Below, piece by piece: positions 1-9,792 of a stretch of 64,000 nucleotides of DNA. Within the stretch, counting starts at the first letter, position 1. Every line of letters begins with the position of its first letter. Under the pieces are notes generated by a model. The model was not told the DNA's origin, searched no databases, and worked only from the letters and a program-made list of their open reading frames with translations. A program made the position numbers and the translations under genes. Where the stretch lies: contig CAWHOA010000020.1 of NCBI GenBank assembly GCA_963830885.1, forward strand, positions 3,707-67,706, read 5' to 3'. Source of the stretch: an uncultured Actinomycetes bacterium. GTDB lineage: Bacteria > Actinomycetota > Thermoleophilia > Gaiellales > Gaiellaceae.

Positions 1-653
1 TCGGTCTTGCCGGCGATCCGCCCCGAGACCACGGCGACGGCGCCGTACTCGCCGAGCGCACGGGCCGTCGTCAGGACGACGCCGTAGGCGACGCCCCAGC
101 GGATGGCCGGCAGGGTGACGCGGCGAAAGGTCTGGAAGCGCGAGGCGCCCAGCGTCCAGGCCGCCTCGTCCTGGTCGGTCCCGACCTCGCGCAGCACCGG
201 GATCACCTCGCGGACGACGAACGGCAGCGTCACGAAGATCGTGGCCAGCACGATCCCGGGCGTCGAGAAGATGATCTGGATCCCGTTCTCGGTGAGCCAC
301 CCGCCGAACCAGCCGTCCTGGCCGTAGACGAGGATGAGCGCGAGGCCGACGACGACCGGCGAGAGCGCGAGCGGGAGGCCGATCATGGTGTTGATCAGCC
401 AGGCGCCGTGCTTCGGCGGCCGGCGGACGAGCGCCATCGCGCAGGCGACGCCGAAGATCGTGTTGGCCGGGACGGCGATCCCCACCGCGATCAGGGTGAG
501 CTTGAAGGCCGAGATGAACGCCGGATCGGTCAGCGCCTCCCACACCGGAGCCAGGCCGTCCCGGAAGGTGTAGTAGACGATCATCGAGAACGGGAGCGCG
601 AGGATCAGCGCGAGGTAGCCGAGCGCGGCCGTCCGCAGCGCGTACCTACCCAT
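1..653 (-). CDS. cysW: sulfate ABC transporter permease CysW (N-terminal part; 3' end runs off the window)
   Basis: My reverse translation from ATG at 653 gives MGRYALRTAALGYLALILALPFSMIVYYTF...IFVTLPFVVREVIPVLREVGTDQDEAAWTLGASRFQTFRRVTLPAI, a CysT/CysW-type permease with EAA loop. Its start overlaps the cysT stop (ATGGGTAG). Confidence 0.85.
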   Translation of the reverse strand, partial: MGRYALRTAALGYLALILALPFSMIVYYTFRDGLAPVWEALTDPAFISAFKLTLIAVGIAVPANTIFGVACAMALVRRPPKHGAWLINTMIGLPLALSPVVVGLALILVYGQDGWFGGWLTENGIQIIFSTPGIVLATIFVTLPFVVREVIPVLREVGTDQDEAAWTLGASRFQTFRRVTLPAIRWGVAYGVVLTTARALGEYGAVAVVSGRIAGKT

Positions 654-1350
654 CGTGCCTCCGGCTGCGCCGCTCGAGGACGTCGGCGATCGCGAGGACC
701 ACGAACGACAAGACGAGCAGCACGACCGAGACCGCGGCTGCCGCCGCGGGCTCGTCGCTCTCGATCGACTTGAAGATGTTCACCGAGGCGACCTCGGTGT
801 CGAAGGGGATGTTCCCCGAGATGAGCACGATCGAGCCGAACTCGCCGACGGCCTTCCCGAAGGAGAGCGCGGTGCCCGAGAGCATCGCCGGGAGCAGGTT
901 GGGGAGGACGATGCGCCGGAAAGTCGTGAACGGGCGCGCGCCGAGCGACGCGGCCGCCTCCTCCATCTCGCGGTCGAGCTCGAGCAGAACGGGCTGCACG
1001 GCGCGGACGACGAACGGGAGCGTGACGAAGAGGAGCGCGACGACGATCGCCGCCCGCGAGTAGGCGACGTTGACGCCGAGCGGGCTCTCGGGCCCGTAGA
1101 CGGCGAGCAGCGTCAGCCCGGCCACGATCGTCGGCAGGGCGAAGGGAAGGTCGATCATCGCGTTGACGACGCTCTTGCCGCGGAAGTCGTCCCGGACGAG
1201 CACCCAGGCGATGAGCGTGCCCGTGAGCGCGTTCACGAGGACGACCACCAGCGAGGCGACGAACGTGAGCTTGAGCGCTGCAACGGCCGCCGGCGCGGTC
1301 ACCTCGTCCCAGAAGGCGGAGACGCCGCCCTCGAACGACGTCGCGATCAC
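646..1350 (-). CDS. cysT: sulfate ABC transporter permease CysT
   Basis: 234-aa ORF with DLPFALPTIVAGLTL and LPFVVRAVQPVLLELDREMEEAAASLGARPFTTFRRIVLP. The expected first TM helix (GGLVLGLSTAYLTLIVLIPIAAV) is encoded in frame upstream of 1350, so the true start is probably nearer 1476. Confidence 0.85.
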   Translation of the reverse strand: MIATSFEGGVSAFWDEVTAPAAVAALKLTFVASLVVVLVNALTGTLIAWVLVRDDFRGKSVVNAMIDLPFALPTIVAGLTLLAVYGPESPLGVNVAYSRAAIVVALLFVTLPFVVRAVQPVLLELDREMEEAAASLGARPFTTFRRIVLPNLLPAMLSGTALSFGKAVGEFGSIVLISGNIPFDTEVASVNIFKSIESDEPAAAAAVSVVLLVLSFVVLAIADVLERRSRRHDG

Positions 1351-1465
1351 CGCCGCGATCGGGATGAGGACGATGAGGGTGAGGTACGCGGTCGAGAGCC
1401 CCAGAACGAGGCCGCCGGCGCGCCTGGAGGATCCAGTGCGCGCCGGCAGCGTGACCGCTTCGGGA

Positions 1466-2504
1466 CTAGTCGTCAGTGGGCACTCCCAGCTCGTTCTCGA
1501 TGTCGAGGAAGATGCTCTCCTCGCGGTCGAAGAAGCGCGTGCGGACGTCGGCCCACCCGCCCAGGTCGGCGATCGTGAAGAGGCCGGCCGGGCCCGAGGA
1601 GTCGAACTCGGTCTCCACTCCCTCGACGACCGGGCGGTAGCCCTTCGAGGCGAAGACCGCCTGCGCCTCGGGCGTGTAGAGGTAGTCGAGGAACGCCTGC
1701 GCCGCCTCCGGGCTCTCGCTCGTCGACACGACCGCGGCCGGGTTCTCGATCAGGATCGTCTCGGCGGGCACGACGTACTCGAGCTCCTCGCCGGCCTGCT
1801 GGGCGAAGATCGCCTCGTTCTCGTAGGCGAGCATGACGTCGCCCTTGCCGCCGGCGAACGTCTGCAGGGCCTCGCGCGCGCTCTTGTCCTGGACGGGGAC
1901 GTGCTCGAGGAAGAGCTCGCGGAGGTAGGCGATCGCCTCCTCGTCCGACTTGCCCTGCTCGAGCTGGGCGCCGTAGGCGGCCATGATGTTCCACTGGGCG
2001 CCACCGGAGGTGAACGGGTTCGGCGTGATCACCTCGACGCCCTCGTTGAGGAGGTCGTCCCACGTCTCGATGCCCTCGGGGTTGCCGGGGCGGACCGCGA
2101 AGACGACCACGGAGTTCGTGAGGATCCCGTCGTACTCGTTCTGATTCCAGCTCGCGTCGACCAGGCCGGCGTCGACGAGCGCGGTGACGTCGGGCTCGAG
2201 CGAGAGGTGGACGACGTCGGCGGGCAGCCCCTCCTCGACGGCGCGGCGCTGCTCGCCGGAGGCAGCGTAGGACTGCTCGAAGTCCCAGCCCTCGCCCTCG
2301 GGGGTCTCCTGGAAGGCCGGAATGATCTCCTCGTAGGCCTCGCGCGGCGTCGAGTACGCGACGAGGGAGAGGGTCCCGCCGCCGCCGCCCCTCGCCGGCC
2401 GCGTCGGCGTCGTCCCCGCCGCCGCACCCGGCGACCAGGAAGACGGGGAGGAGGAGCGCCGCCAGGGCGCTGAAGAGGGCGATGCGCGTGCGAGTGTGTG
2501 TCAC
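1466..2504 (-). CDS. sbp: sulfate/thiosulfate-binding lipoprotein (Sbp/CysP) with an apparent 1-nt frame disruption
   Basis: The mature domain (TLSLVAYSTPREAYEEIIPAFQ...VDASWNQNEYDGILTNSVVVFAVRPGNP...) is in the 1466..2110 frame extended upstream. The signal peptide plus lipobox (VTHTRTRIALFSALAALLLPVFLVAGCGGGDD) is in another frame. The switch lies in the GGC/G-run near 2375-2395. Confidence 0.75.
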
Positions 2505-2526
2505 TGGTTCGGTTACCCCACTTTCT

Positions 2527-2572
2527 CTACTAGATGAGTAGGAGTGATATAGCACTCCTATCAGAGTGTCAA
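2527..2572 (-). promoter_or_regulatory. AT-rich cluster of overlapping dyads plus a TTGACA box upstream of the sulfate operon (candidate promoter/operator)
   Basis: TAGGAGTG-ATATAG-CACTCCTA (2539-2560), CACTC-N6-GAGTG (2553-2568) and CTACT-N5-AGTAG (2527-2541). Reverse-strand TTGACA at 2572-2567. No clean TANNNT -10 box found. Confidence 0.35.
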
Positions 2573-2595
2573 GACGGAAGAGGTGGAGAACCGCG

Positions 2596-2871
2596 CTAGC
2601 CGGCTCTGCGAGCGGCTTCCAGGCGGCGGTCGATCTCGGCCACGTCAAGGCCGTCGACCTCGACGACCTTGCGGCGGGCGGTCTTCCCGGCCACGACGGT
2701 GACCGTGTCGCGGGGCACGTCGAGGGCCTCGGCGAGGAGCTCGACGAGCGCGCGGTTCGCGCGCCCGCGCTCGGGCGGGGCGGCCACGCGCGCTCGCCAG
2801 CCGTCGCCGTGGCGGCCGACCAGCTCGCTCCGGGCGGCGCCCGGCGAGACGGTCAGCTCGATCCTGGCCAC
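2596..2871 (-). CDS. DUF167 (YggU-like) protein
   Basis: C-terminal part of the 2596..4287 ORF: VARIELTVSPGAARSELVGRHGDGWRARVAAPPERGRANRALVELLAEALDVPRDTVTVVAGKTARRKVVEVDGL. GTG start at 2871 (alternative 2886). Confidence 0.75.
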   Translation of the reverse strand: MARIELTVSPGAARSELVGRHGDGWRARVAAPPERGRANRALVELLAEALDVPRDTVTVVAGKTARRKVVEVDGLDVAEIDRRLEAARRAG

Positions 2872-2886
2872 GCCCGGGAGACCCAC

Positions 2887-4272
2887 ATGCTTCTGACAGA
2901 ATGGCCTCCAGTGAAGACGACGGTCGAAGAGCTGCCCGAAAGCCGCGTGCGCCTCGAGGTCGAGGTGCCGGAGGCCGACGTTCAGCACGCCATGGAGCAC
3001 GCGGCGTCGGACCTTGCCGCTTCGCTCCGGATACCCGGCTTCCGGAAGGGCAAGGCGCCCGTCCAGGTCGTGGCTGCGCGGGTGGGGCGCGAGGCTCTCT
3101 GGGAGGAGGCCGTGCGCAGTCATCTCGACAGCTGGTTCTGGAATGCGGCCGCGTCCTCCGGCGTGCGGCCCGTGGCGAACCCCGAGGTCGACTTCGGCGA
3201 CGGTCCGCCCCCCGAGGCGGGCGAGACCTTCCGCTTCACCGCCACGGTCGCCGTCGTTCCGACGCCCGAGCTGGCCGACTGGACGACGCTCGAGGTCGGC
3301 GTTCCCGAGGCCGAGGTTCCCGGCGAGATCGTCGACGCGGAGCTCGACCGGCTCCGCGAGGTCGCGGCCGAGCTCTCGCCCGTCGACGGCCGCCCGGCGC
3401 AGCCCGGCGACGTCGTCCTCCTCGACCTGGAGGGCGACGAGATCGGCGCCACGCAGCGCGACTACGTCGTCGAGATCGGAAGCGGCCGGCTCGTCGACGA
3501 GATCGAAGCCGCCCTCGTCGGCATGTCCGCCGGGGAGACGCGGGAGGTCGAGTTCGAGCTGGCCGACGAGCAGAAGGCGACGGTCACGGTGAGCGCCAAC
3601 GAGATCCGGGAGAAGGTCCTGCCGCCGCTCGAGGACGACCTCGCCCAGGCGGTCAGCGAGTTCGAGACGCTCGCGGAGCTGCGCGCCGACATCGAGGCGC
3701 AGCTGCGCGAGCAGCTCGAAGGAGAGCTGGAGCTCAAGCTCCGCCAGGACGCGGTGGACGCCCTCGTCGAGGCGTCGAGGTTCGACTCGCTCGAGCCGCT
3801 CGTCGAGCGGCGCACCGCCGAGCTGGCGACCGGCTTCGTCCGTTCGCTCGAGCGGCGGGGCATCGGTCTCGAGACGTATCTGGCCATGACGGGTCAGACG
3901 CAGGAGGAGATCGCCGGCCGGCTCCGCGGCGAGTCCGAGCAGGCGCTGAAGCGCGAGCTCGCCCTCGACGCCGTCGCCGACAAGCTCGAGATCGAGATCG
4001 GCGAGGCCGAAGTCGAGGAGCTCGTCCGCCGCGAGGCCGAGGAGGCCGGGGAGGACCCCGACGCGCTCCTCGTCGCGGCGCGCGAGGGCGGCGGCTTCGA
4101 GCAGCTGCGGGGCGACTTGCGGATGCGCAAGGCCCTCGATGAGGTCGTCGCTGGAGTCGAGCGGATCCCGATCGACCTCGCCCGGGCGCGCGAGAAGCTT
4201 TGGACGCCCGAGAAGGAGAACGCACCTACCGAGATGAAGATATGGACGCCAGGAAGCGAGGGAGGCACATGA
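2887..4272 (+). CDS. tig: trigger factor
   Basis: [50 protein letters not shown]... is typical Tig. ATG at 2887 has GGGAGA 6 nt upstream; GTG at 2911 is an alternative start. Confidence 0.9.
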   Translation: MLLTEWPPVKTTVEELPESRVRLEVEVPEADVQHAMEHAASDLAASLRIPGFRKGKAPVQVVAARVGREALWEEAVRSHLDSWFWNAAASSGVRPVANPEVDFGDGPPPEAGETFRFTATVAVVPTPELADWTTLEVGVPEAEVPGEIVDAELDRLREVAAELSPVDGRPAQPGDVVLLDLEGDEIGATQRDYVVEIGSGRLVDEIEAALVGMSAGETREVEFELADEQKATVTVSANEIREKVLPPLEDDLAQAVSEFETLAELRADIEAQLREQLEGELELKLRQDAVDALVEASRFDSLEPLVERRTAELATGFVRSLERRGIGLETYLAMTGQTQEEIAGRLRGESEQALKRELALDAVADKLEIEIGEAEVEELVRREAEEAGEDPDALLVAAREGGGFEQLRGDLRMRKALDEVVAGVERIPIDLARAREKLWTPEKENAPTEMKIWTPGSEGGT

Positions 4273-4880
4273 GCCCGTTGATCCCAATGGTCGTCGAGCA
4301 GACGTCGAGAGGCGAGCGCGCTTTCGACATCTACTCGCGACTTCTGAACGAGAGAATCATCTTCCTCGGGACTCCCGTGGACGACCAGATCGCCAACCTG
4401 ATCGTGGCGCAGCTGATCCACCTCGAGTCCGAGGACCCCGACAAGGACATCTCGATCTACATCAACTCGCCCGGCGGCTCCGTCTACGCCGGCATGGCGA
4501 TCTACGACACGATGCAGTACATCAAGCCCGACGTGCAGACGATCTGCGTCGGCATCGCCATGTCGATGGGCGCGCTGCTCCTCGCGGGCGGGACCGACGG
4601 CAAGCGAATGGCGACGCCGCACTCGAAGATCCTCATCCACCAGGTCTCGGCCGGCTTCCAGGGACAGGCGACCGACATCGAGATTCAGGCGCGCGAGACG
4701 CTCGCGATGAAGCGCCTGCTCGAGGAAATCATCGCCACGCACACGAAGCAGGAGCTGGAGAAGGTGGGGCGGGACATGGAGCGCGACTACTTCATGACCG
4801 CGCAGGAAGCCCTCGACTACGGCATCATCGACACAGTGATCGCCCATCGGGGCACTCCCGCGATGGCGGCGGCGTCCTAG
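4269..4880 (+). CDS. clpP: ATP-dependent Clp protease proteolytic subunit
   Basis: [72 protein letters not shown]...[16 protein letters not shown] at 4261-4265. The ATGA overlaps the tig stop. Confidence 0.95.
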   Translation: MSPLIPMVVEQTSRGERAFDIYSRLLNERIIFLGTPVDDQIANLIVAQLIHLESEDPDKDISIYINSPGGSVYAGMAIYDTMQYIKPDVQTICVGIAMSMGALLLAGGTDGKRMATPHSKILIHQVSAGFQGQATDIEIQARETLAMKRLLEEIIATHTKQELEKVGRDMERDYFMTAQEALDYGIIDTVIAHRGTPAMAAAS

Positions 4881-4923
4881 GTCCTAGTCAGCCGAGCGAT
4901 TTCGAGGTACAAGGTAGAGAGAC

Positions 4924-6204
<1,281 letters not shown>

Positions 6205-6285
6205 GCCCGCTACTCCGAGCGGAGGACTTCGGGACCGGTGCGGCGGGAATCGCCGTCCGCCGGCTCGGCGGTGACGTTGAGGTTC

Positions 6286-6315
6286 GCGGGGTGGGCCCGC
6301 CGGGGCCCACCCCGC
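6286..6315. terminator. GC-rich hairpin between convergent clpX and the DUF4394 gene
   Basis: GCGGGGTGGGCC-cgccgg-GGCCCACCCCGC, a 12-bp perfect stem. Confidence 0.5.
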
Positions 6316-6328
6316 AGCCGCAGGAGCG

Positions 6329-7186
6329 CTACTGGTCCTGCCAGGCGGCGAGACCGGTGATGGTCACGCCATTGCCGATGCGGCCGAGCGACCGCGTCTT
6401 GCCCGTGGCGAGATCGACGGACCAGAGCTGGGCCGAGCTTCGTCCGAGCTGGGTGCCCGCGGCGTAGCCGACGTTTCCGACGCTGTCGCTGCCGACGATG
6501 TCGAAGCCGGCGTTCGGGCCGAGGTCGAAGCCGAGCGAGACCGGCATGATCAGCGTCCCGTTGTTGGCGGGGCGCTGGATCCACAGCAGGTCCTTGGTCG
6601 GTGCGATGTCGAGCGCGTACAGCTCGGTCACGGTCGGCCGCGTGGCGAACGCCGTGAAGGACGAGTTGGTGTACGCGGAGCCGACCACCTGGACGCCGGC
6701 CGGAGTCAGGCTCGTGTCCTTGGAGAGCAGGTTGCCCTCGTCCGGATTGAGCCGGATGTTGTCGCCGACGTCGCTCGTGACGCGGATCTTGTCCACGGTC
6801 GGGTTGAAGTCGAAGCCGTTGTTTCCGCTGTTGAGCGCGGCCGGAGCCGTCTCGAATGCGGGGCCCTCGGCCACTGCGATCGCCGTCTTCACGTTGACGC
6901 GGTAGACGACCTTGTCGCTCCCGAGTGCGTAGAGATCGCCGGTCGCGGGGCGGAAGTCGATGCCGTTGAGGGCAACGCCCGACGGCAGGCCGGTGATGGC
7001 CTTCGAGCGCACGTCTCGAGGCGAGCGCGAGTCGAAGCGCAGCAGGTTGCCTCCGGTGTCGGTCGCGTAGAAGACGCGCCGATCCTTGCCTGTCCCGTCG
7101 CCGTCGCCGTCGGCGGCGGCTCCGAGGGGGACCACCAGTGCGACGACTGCGCCGACGGTGATCGCCCAGCGTGTGAGCTTGGACAT
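6329..7186 (-). CDS. secreted DUF4394 domain protein
   Basis: Signal peptide MSKLTRWAITVGAVVALVVPLGAAA. Contains GFDFNPTVDKIRVTSDVGDNIRLNPDEG and LYALGSDKVVYRVN, the pattern I recognise as DUF4394. AGGAGGA upstream. Confidence 0.75.
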   Translation of the reverse strand: MSKLTRWAITVGAVVALVVPLGAAADGDGDGTGKDRRVFYATDTGGNLLRFDSRSPRDVRSKAITGLPSGVALNGIDFRPATGDLYALGSDKVVYRVNVKTAIAVAEGPAFETAPAALNSGNNGFDFNPTVDKIRVTSDVGDNIRLNPDEGNLLSKDTSLTPAGVQVVGSAYTNSSFTAFATRPTVTELYALDIAPTKDLLWIQRPANNGTLIMPVSLGFDLGPNAGFDIVGSDSVGNVGYAAGTQLGRSSAQLWSVDLATGKTRSLGRIGNGVTITGLAAWQDQ

Positions 7187-7288
7187 CGTGATCCTCCTGG
7201 GTCGATGCGGTGGGGATTGACAGGACTTCGCAACCGACCCGCGGAGGGTTCGATGTCCGACGGATCCAGCCGCCGAAGGAGGGTCCGT

Positions 7289-7816
7289 CTAGGAGGCCGA
7301 CCAGCTGCCGCGGGCGAGGGTGAACCCGTGGCCCTCGCTGTTCGTGCAGGAGAGCGCGCTCTCGTCCGACTCGCAGACGATCCCGCCCCGGCTCCAGCTC
7401 GAGCCGTAGGCGAGCGTCGGGGCGTCGCCGTCGTAGACCGTGTCGCTCCCGCAGTTCGCCGCCGCCGGCCCGGTCGCGCCGAGGTCGACGCCGACCCAGT
7501 CGAACTCGCAGGCCTCCGTCGGCTCGGGCTCGAGGCCGCTGAGGATGTCGCAGCGCAGCCGCTGGAACCCGAACAGGCAGCCGATGTTCCCCGAGGGCAT
7601 CTGGAAGGTCACCGTGGAGTCGCCGGAGTCATCGGCTCCGGACGTGTCGGTGGGCTCGGTCTCGGTGACCGTCGTGGTCACGGTCGCCGTCGTGGTGACC
7701 GTCCTCGTCACCGTTGAGACTGCGGCGGGATCCGGCTCGTCGCCGCCGCATGACGCGAGGAGAAGCGTGACGGCGAGTGCCGCCGCTGCGAGCGCTCTCA
7801 GTCCGTGGAAGCCCAC
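7289..7816 (-). CDS. Cys-rich lipoprotein with Thr/Val-rich linker (hypothetical)
   Basis: VGFHGLRALAAAALAVTLLLASCGG lipobox, a TVTTTATVTTTVTETEP linker, then FQMPSGNIGCLFGFQRLRCDI...CESDESALSCTN. The GTG start at 7816 overlaps the upstream cyclase gene by 19 nt. Start uncertain. Confidence 0.6.
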   Translation of the reverse strand: MGFHGLRALAAAALAVTLLLASCGGDEPDPAAVSTVTRTVTTTATVTTTVTETEPTDTSGADDSGDSTVTFQMPSGNIGCLFGFQRLRCDILSGLEPEPTEACEFDWVGVDLGATGPAAANCGSDTVYDGDAPTLAYGSSWSRGGIVCESDESALSCTNSEGHGFTLARGSWSAS

Positions 7817-9792
7817 TCCACCGAGCAGACGTCCACGGGCTCCCGGAAGCCCTTCAGGGTCAGTGAGCGGGGGCTCGTGATCCTGAACTGACGGAGCTCC
7901 CCGACCGTTGCCTCGCTGGTCAGGATCTCCCGGCCCTCCGCCGCGGCGCCGATGCGGGCGGCGGCGTGCACGCCCTTGCCGTGGTAGTTCTCGCGCGTCT
8001 GCAGGGCGCCGTCCGTGTGGACGCCGATGCGGATGTCGAACTCGAAGTCCTGGTCGATGAGCCGCTGGACGACCACTGCGGCCCCGACCGCGTCCTCGGC
8101 TTCGTCGAACGCAACGAAGAAGCCGTCGCCGGTGTGGTCGACGACCTGTCCGCGGAAGTCCGAGAAGACGGCCCGGAGCGCGTCGTCGTGACGGCGCAGG
8201 AGATTGACCCAATGGCGGTCCGAGCCGATGGTGGTCGCCAGCTCCGTCGAGCCGACGATGTCGGTGAAGAGGAAGGTCTTCATCACGTCGGTGGAGGTAT
8301 CCCGCATGAGGAGCTCGGCGATGCGATCGGCATCGCGGACGGCGCCGAGGCGCTCGAACCGCGCCGCGGCCGCCTGCAGCTCCCAGAGCGCGGCGTCCTC
8401 GTCACTGCTAGCGCGCAGGGCCCGTCCGAGCTGCTCGCGCGCGCGGGCGACGTCGTAGGTCGCTCCCGTCGAGTCCCAGGTCATCCGGGCCTGCCTGAAC
8501 TCGTGGTAGGCGGTGTCTGCTTCGCCCCGTGCAAGGGCGACCTGGCCGCGCGCATACGCCGAGCCGGCGCGCAGGGCGGAGCTGTCGAACGTGTCGGCAA
8601 TCCCCGAGAGCTGCTCTGCGTACGTGGCTGCCTCGTCGGGCTCGCTGGCCGCGACGGCGATGTCGACTGCCGCCGGTAAGAGCCGCGCCCGTGCGGGGAG
8701 GCCGAGCGAGTCGTTCCCGACCGCGCGCCGGATGGAAGCGAGCGCGCCCTTCGCGTTCCCCTGGACGAGCCGCAAGACCGAGAGGCCGGGCTCGGGGGTC
8801 CGCCCGAGCTCGTCCGCCTCGCGGAAGGCCTGCTCGGCCTGGGCCAGCTCGCCCAGCCGGAGCCGGACCTCGCCGAGCTCGTAGAAGGCCGCGCCCGCGA
8901 TTCGCGGTGCCCAGACGCTCAGCTCGGCGCTCGCCCGGTCCGCGAGCTCCTGGGCCTCGGCCAGCCGGCCCTTGAACTTCATCACCTCGGCGTGGTTGAC
9001 CCGGCACAGCCCAGGGAAGGCGCTCATCGCATTCGTGTCGCAGAACGCGTCCACCCGGTCGGTCCACTCGCCGGCGCTCTCGAAGTCGGCGACGTCGCGG
9101 CACGCGCCGATCGTGTTGCAATAGACGGTGAGGGTGGATTGGGGGTCGAGCTCGCCCGCCAGTGCGGCCGCGCTCGCCTCGTCGAGCAGGAGCTTGCCCT
9201 CGGCCACCTCGCCCTGCTCGATCAGGACGTTCCCCTGGCGCTGGAGCCCACGGATCTCGAGGTTCCGGTCGCCGAAGCGGCGCCCCAGCTCCTCGGCCCG
9301 CCTGGCGAGCTGGAACGCCTCGTCGAAGCTCCCGTCACCGAGCTCCATCAGGCTCCGCTGGAGCGCCCAGTACCCGTGCTCGGGAGCCTCGTCCTCGAGG
9401 TCGAGCAGCCGCTTTGCACGGCCCATCCACCCGTTCGCAACGGCTGTCTGGAGGTTGTTCTTCTGGTCGTGGGCGATCGAGGTGGCCACGTACGCCGCCC
9501 GCAGGGTGTTGCCCTGTTGGAGGTACCCGCGGTAGGCCCGCTCGAGGTACGCGATCAGCTCCTCCATGCGCCCGGTGAACATGGCGGCCTCGCCCAGGAG
9601 CAGCAGGTCCTCGGACCCCAGCTCGTCCGCTTCGTCGGCGGCCTTCAGGAGGTCATAGCCCCCGGCCCAGTCACGACGCCTCAACGCCTCGCGGCCGGCA
9701 TCGAGCGGATCTTGGACGACCTGGCTCACGGGCGTACCGTCATGCTCATGCTCGAAGTCTGCCACGAAGCTGCCGCCTAGAATCAACGCCAT
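7798..9792 (-). CDS. TPR-like repeat protein with C-terminal class III adenylate/guanylate cyclase domain
   Basis: C-terminus FLFTDIVGSTELATTIG...VVDHTGDGFFVAFDEAEDAV...IRIGVHTDGAL...HGKGVHAAARIGAAAEGREILTS. About 480 aa of helical repeats lie N-terminal to it. The start may be a downstream GTG. Confidence 0.8.
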   Translation of the reverse strand: MALILGGSFVADFEHEHDGTPVSQVVQDPLDAGREALRRRDWAGGYDLLKAADEADELGSEDLLLLGEAAMFTGRMEELIAYLERAYRGYLQQGNTLRAAYVATSIAHDQKNNLQTAVANGWMGRAKRLLDLEDEAPEHGYWALQRSLMELGDGSFDEAFQLARRAEELGRRFGDRNLEIRGLQRQGNVLIEQGEVAEGKLLLDEASAAALAGELDPQSTLTVYCNTIGACRDVADFESAGEWTDRVDAFCDTNAMSAFPGLCRVNHAEVMKFKGRLAEAQELADRASAELSVWAPRIAGAAFYELGEVRLRLGELAQAEQAFREADELGRTPEPGLSVLRLVQGNAKGALASIRRAVGNDSLGLPARARLLPAAVDIAVAASEPDEAATYAEQLSGIADTFDSSALRAGSAYARGQVALARGEADTAYHEFRQARMTWDSTGATYDVARAREQLGRALRASSDEDAALWELQAAAARFERLGAVRDADRIAELLMRDTSTDVMKTFLFTDIVGSTELATTIGSDRHWVNLLRRHDDALRAVFSDFRGQVVDHTGDGFFVAFDEAEDAVGAAVVVQRLIDQDFEFDIRIGVHTDGALQTRENYHGKGVHAAARIGAAAEGREILTSEATVGELRQFRITSPRSLTLKGFREPVDVCSVEWASTD
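9778..9783 (+). promoter_or_regulatory. candidate -10 box (TAGAAT) for leaderless valS
   Basis: TAGAAT followed by 7 nt (caacgcc), then the valS ATG at 9791. Confidence 0.3.

Noticed and set aside
2550-2572. CIRCE-like heat-shock operator (TAGCACTC ... GAGTGTCAA) near tig-clpP-clpX.
   Set aside because: The spacer is 6 nt rather than the invariant 9 nt, and the right half deviates at two positions. The site faces the sulfate operon and is separated from tig by the DUF167 gene.
2866-2878. 13-nt identity GGCCACGCCCGGG shared between the DUF167/tig spacer and the left palindrome of the IS200-like element (15144-15156).
   Set aside because: It is a short, GC-only match that could arise by chance in a genome this GC-rich. 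The palindrome core GTGCCAGGCAC is absent at 2866.
7655-7730. Tandem-looking ACC/GTC-rich repeats that might suggest a satellite or CRISPR-like array.
   Set aside because: They lie in frame inside the lipoprotein gene and encode a Thr/Val-rich linker (TVTRTVTTTATVTTTVTETEP). There is no spacer/repeat periodicity.
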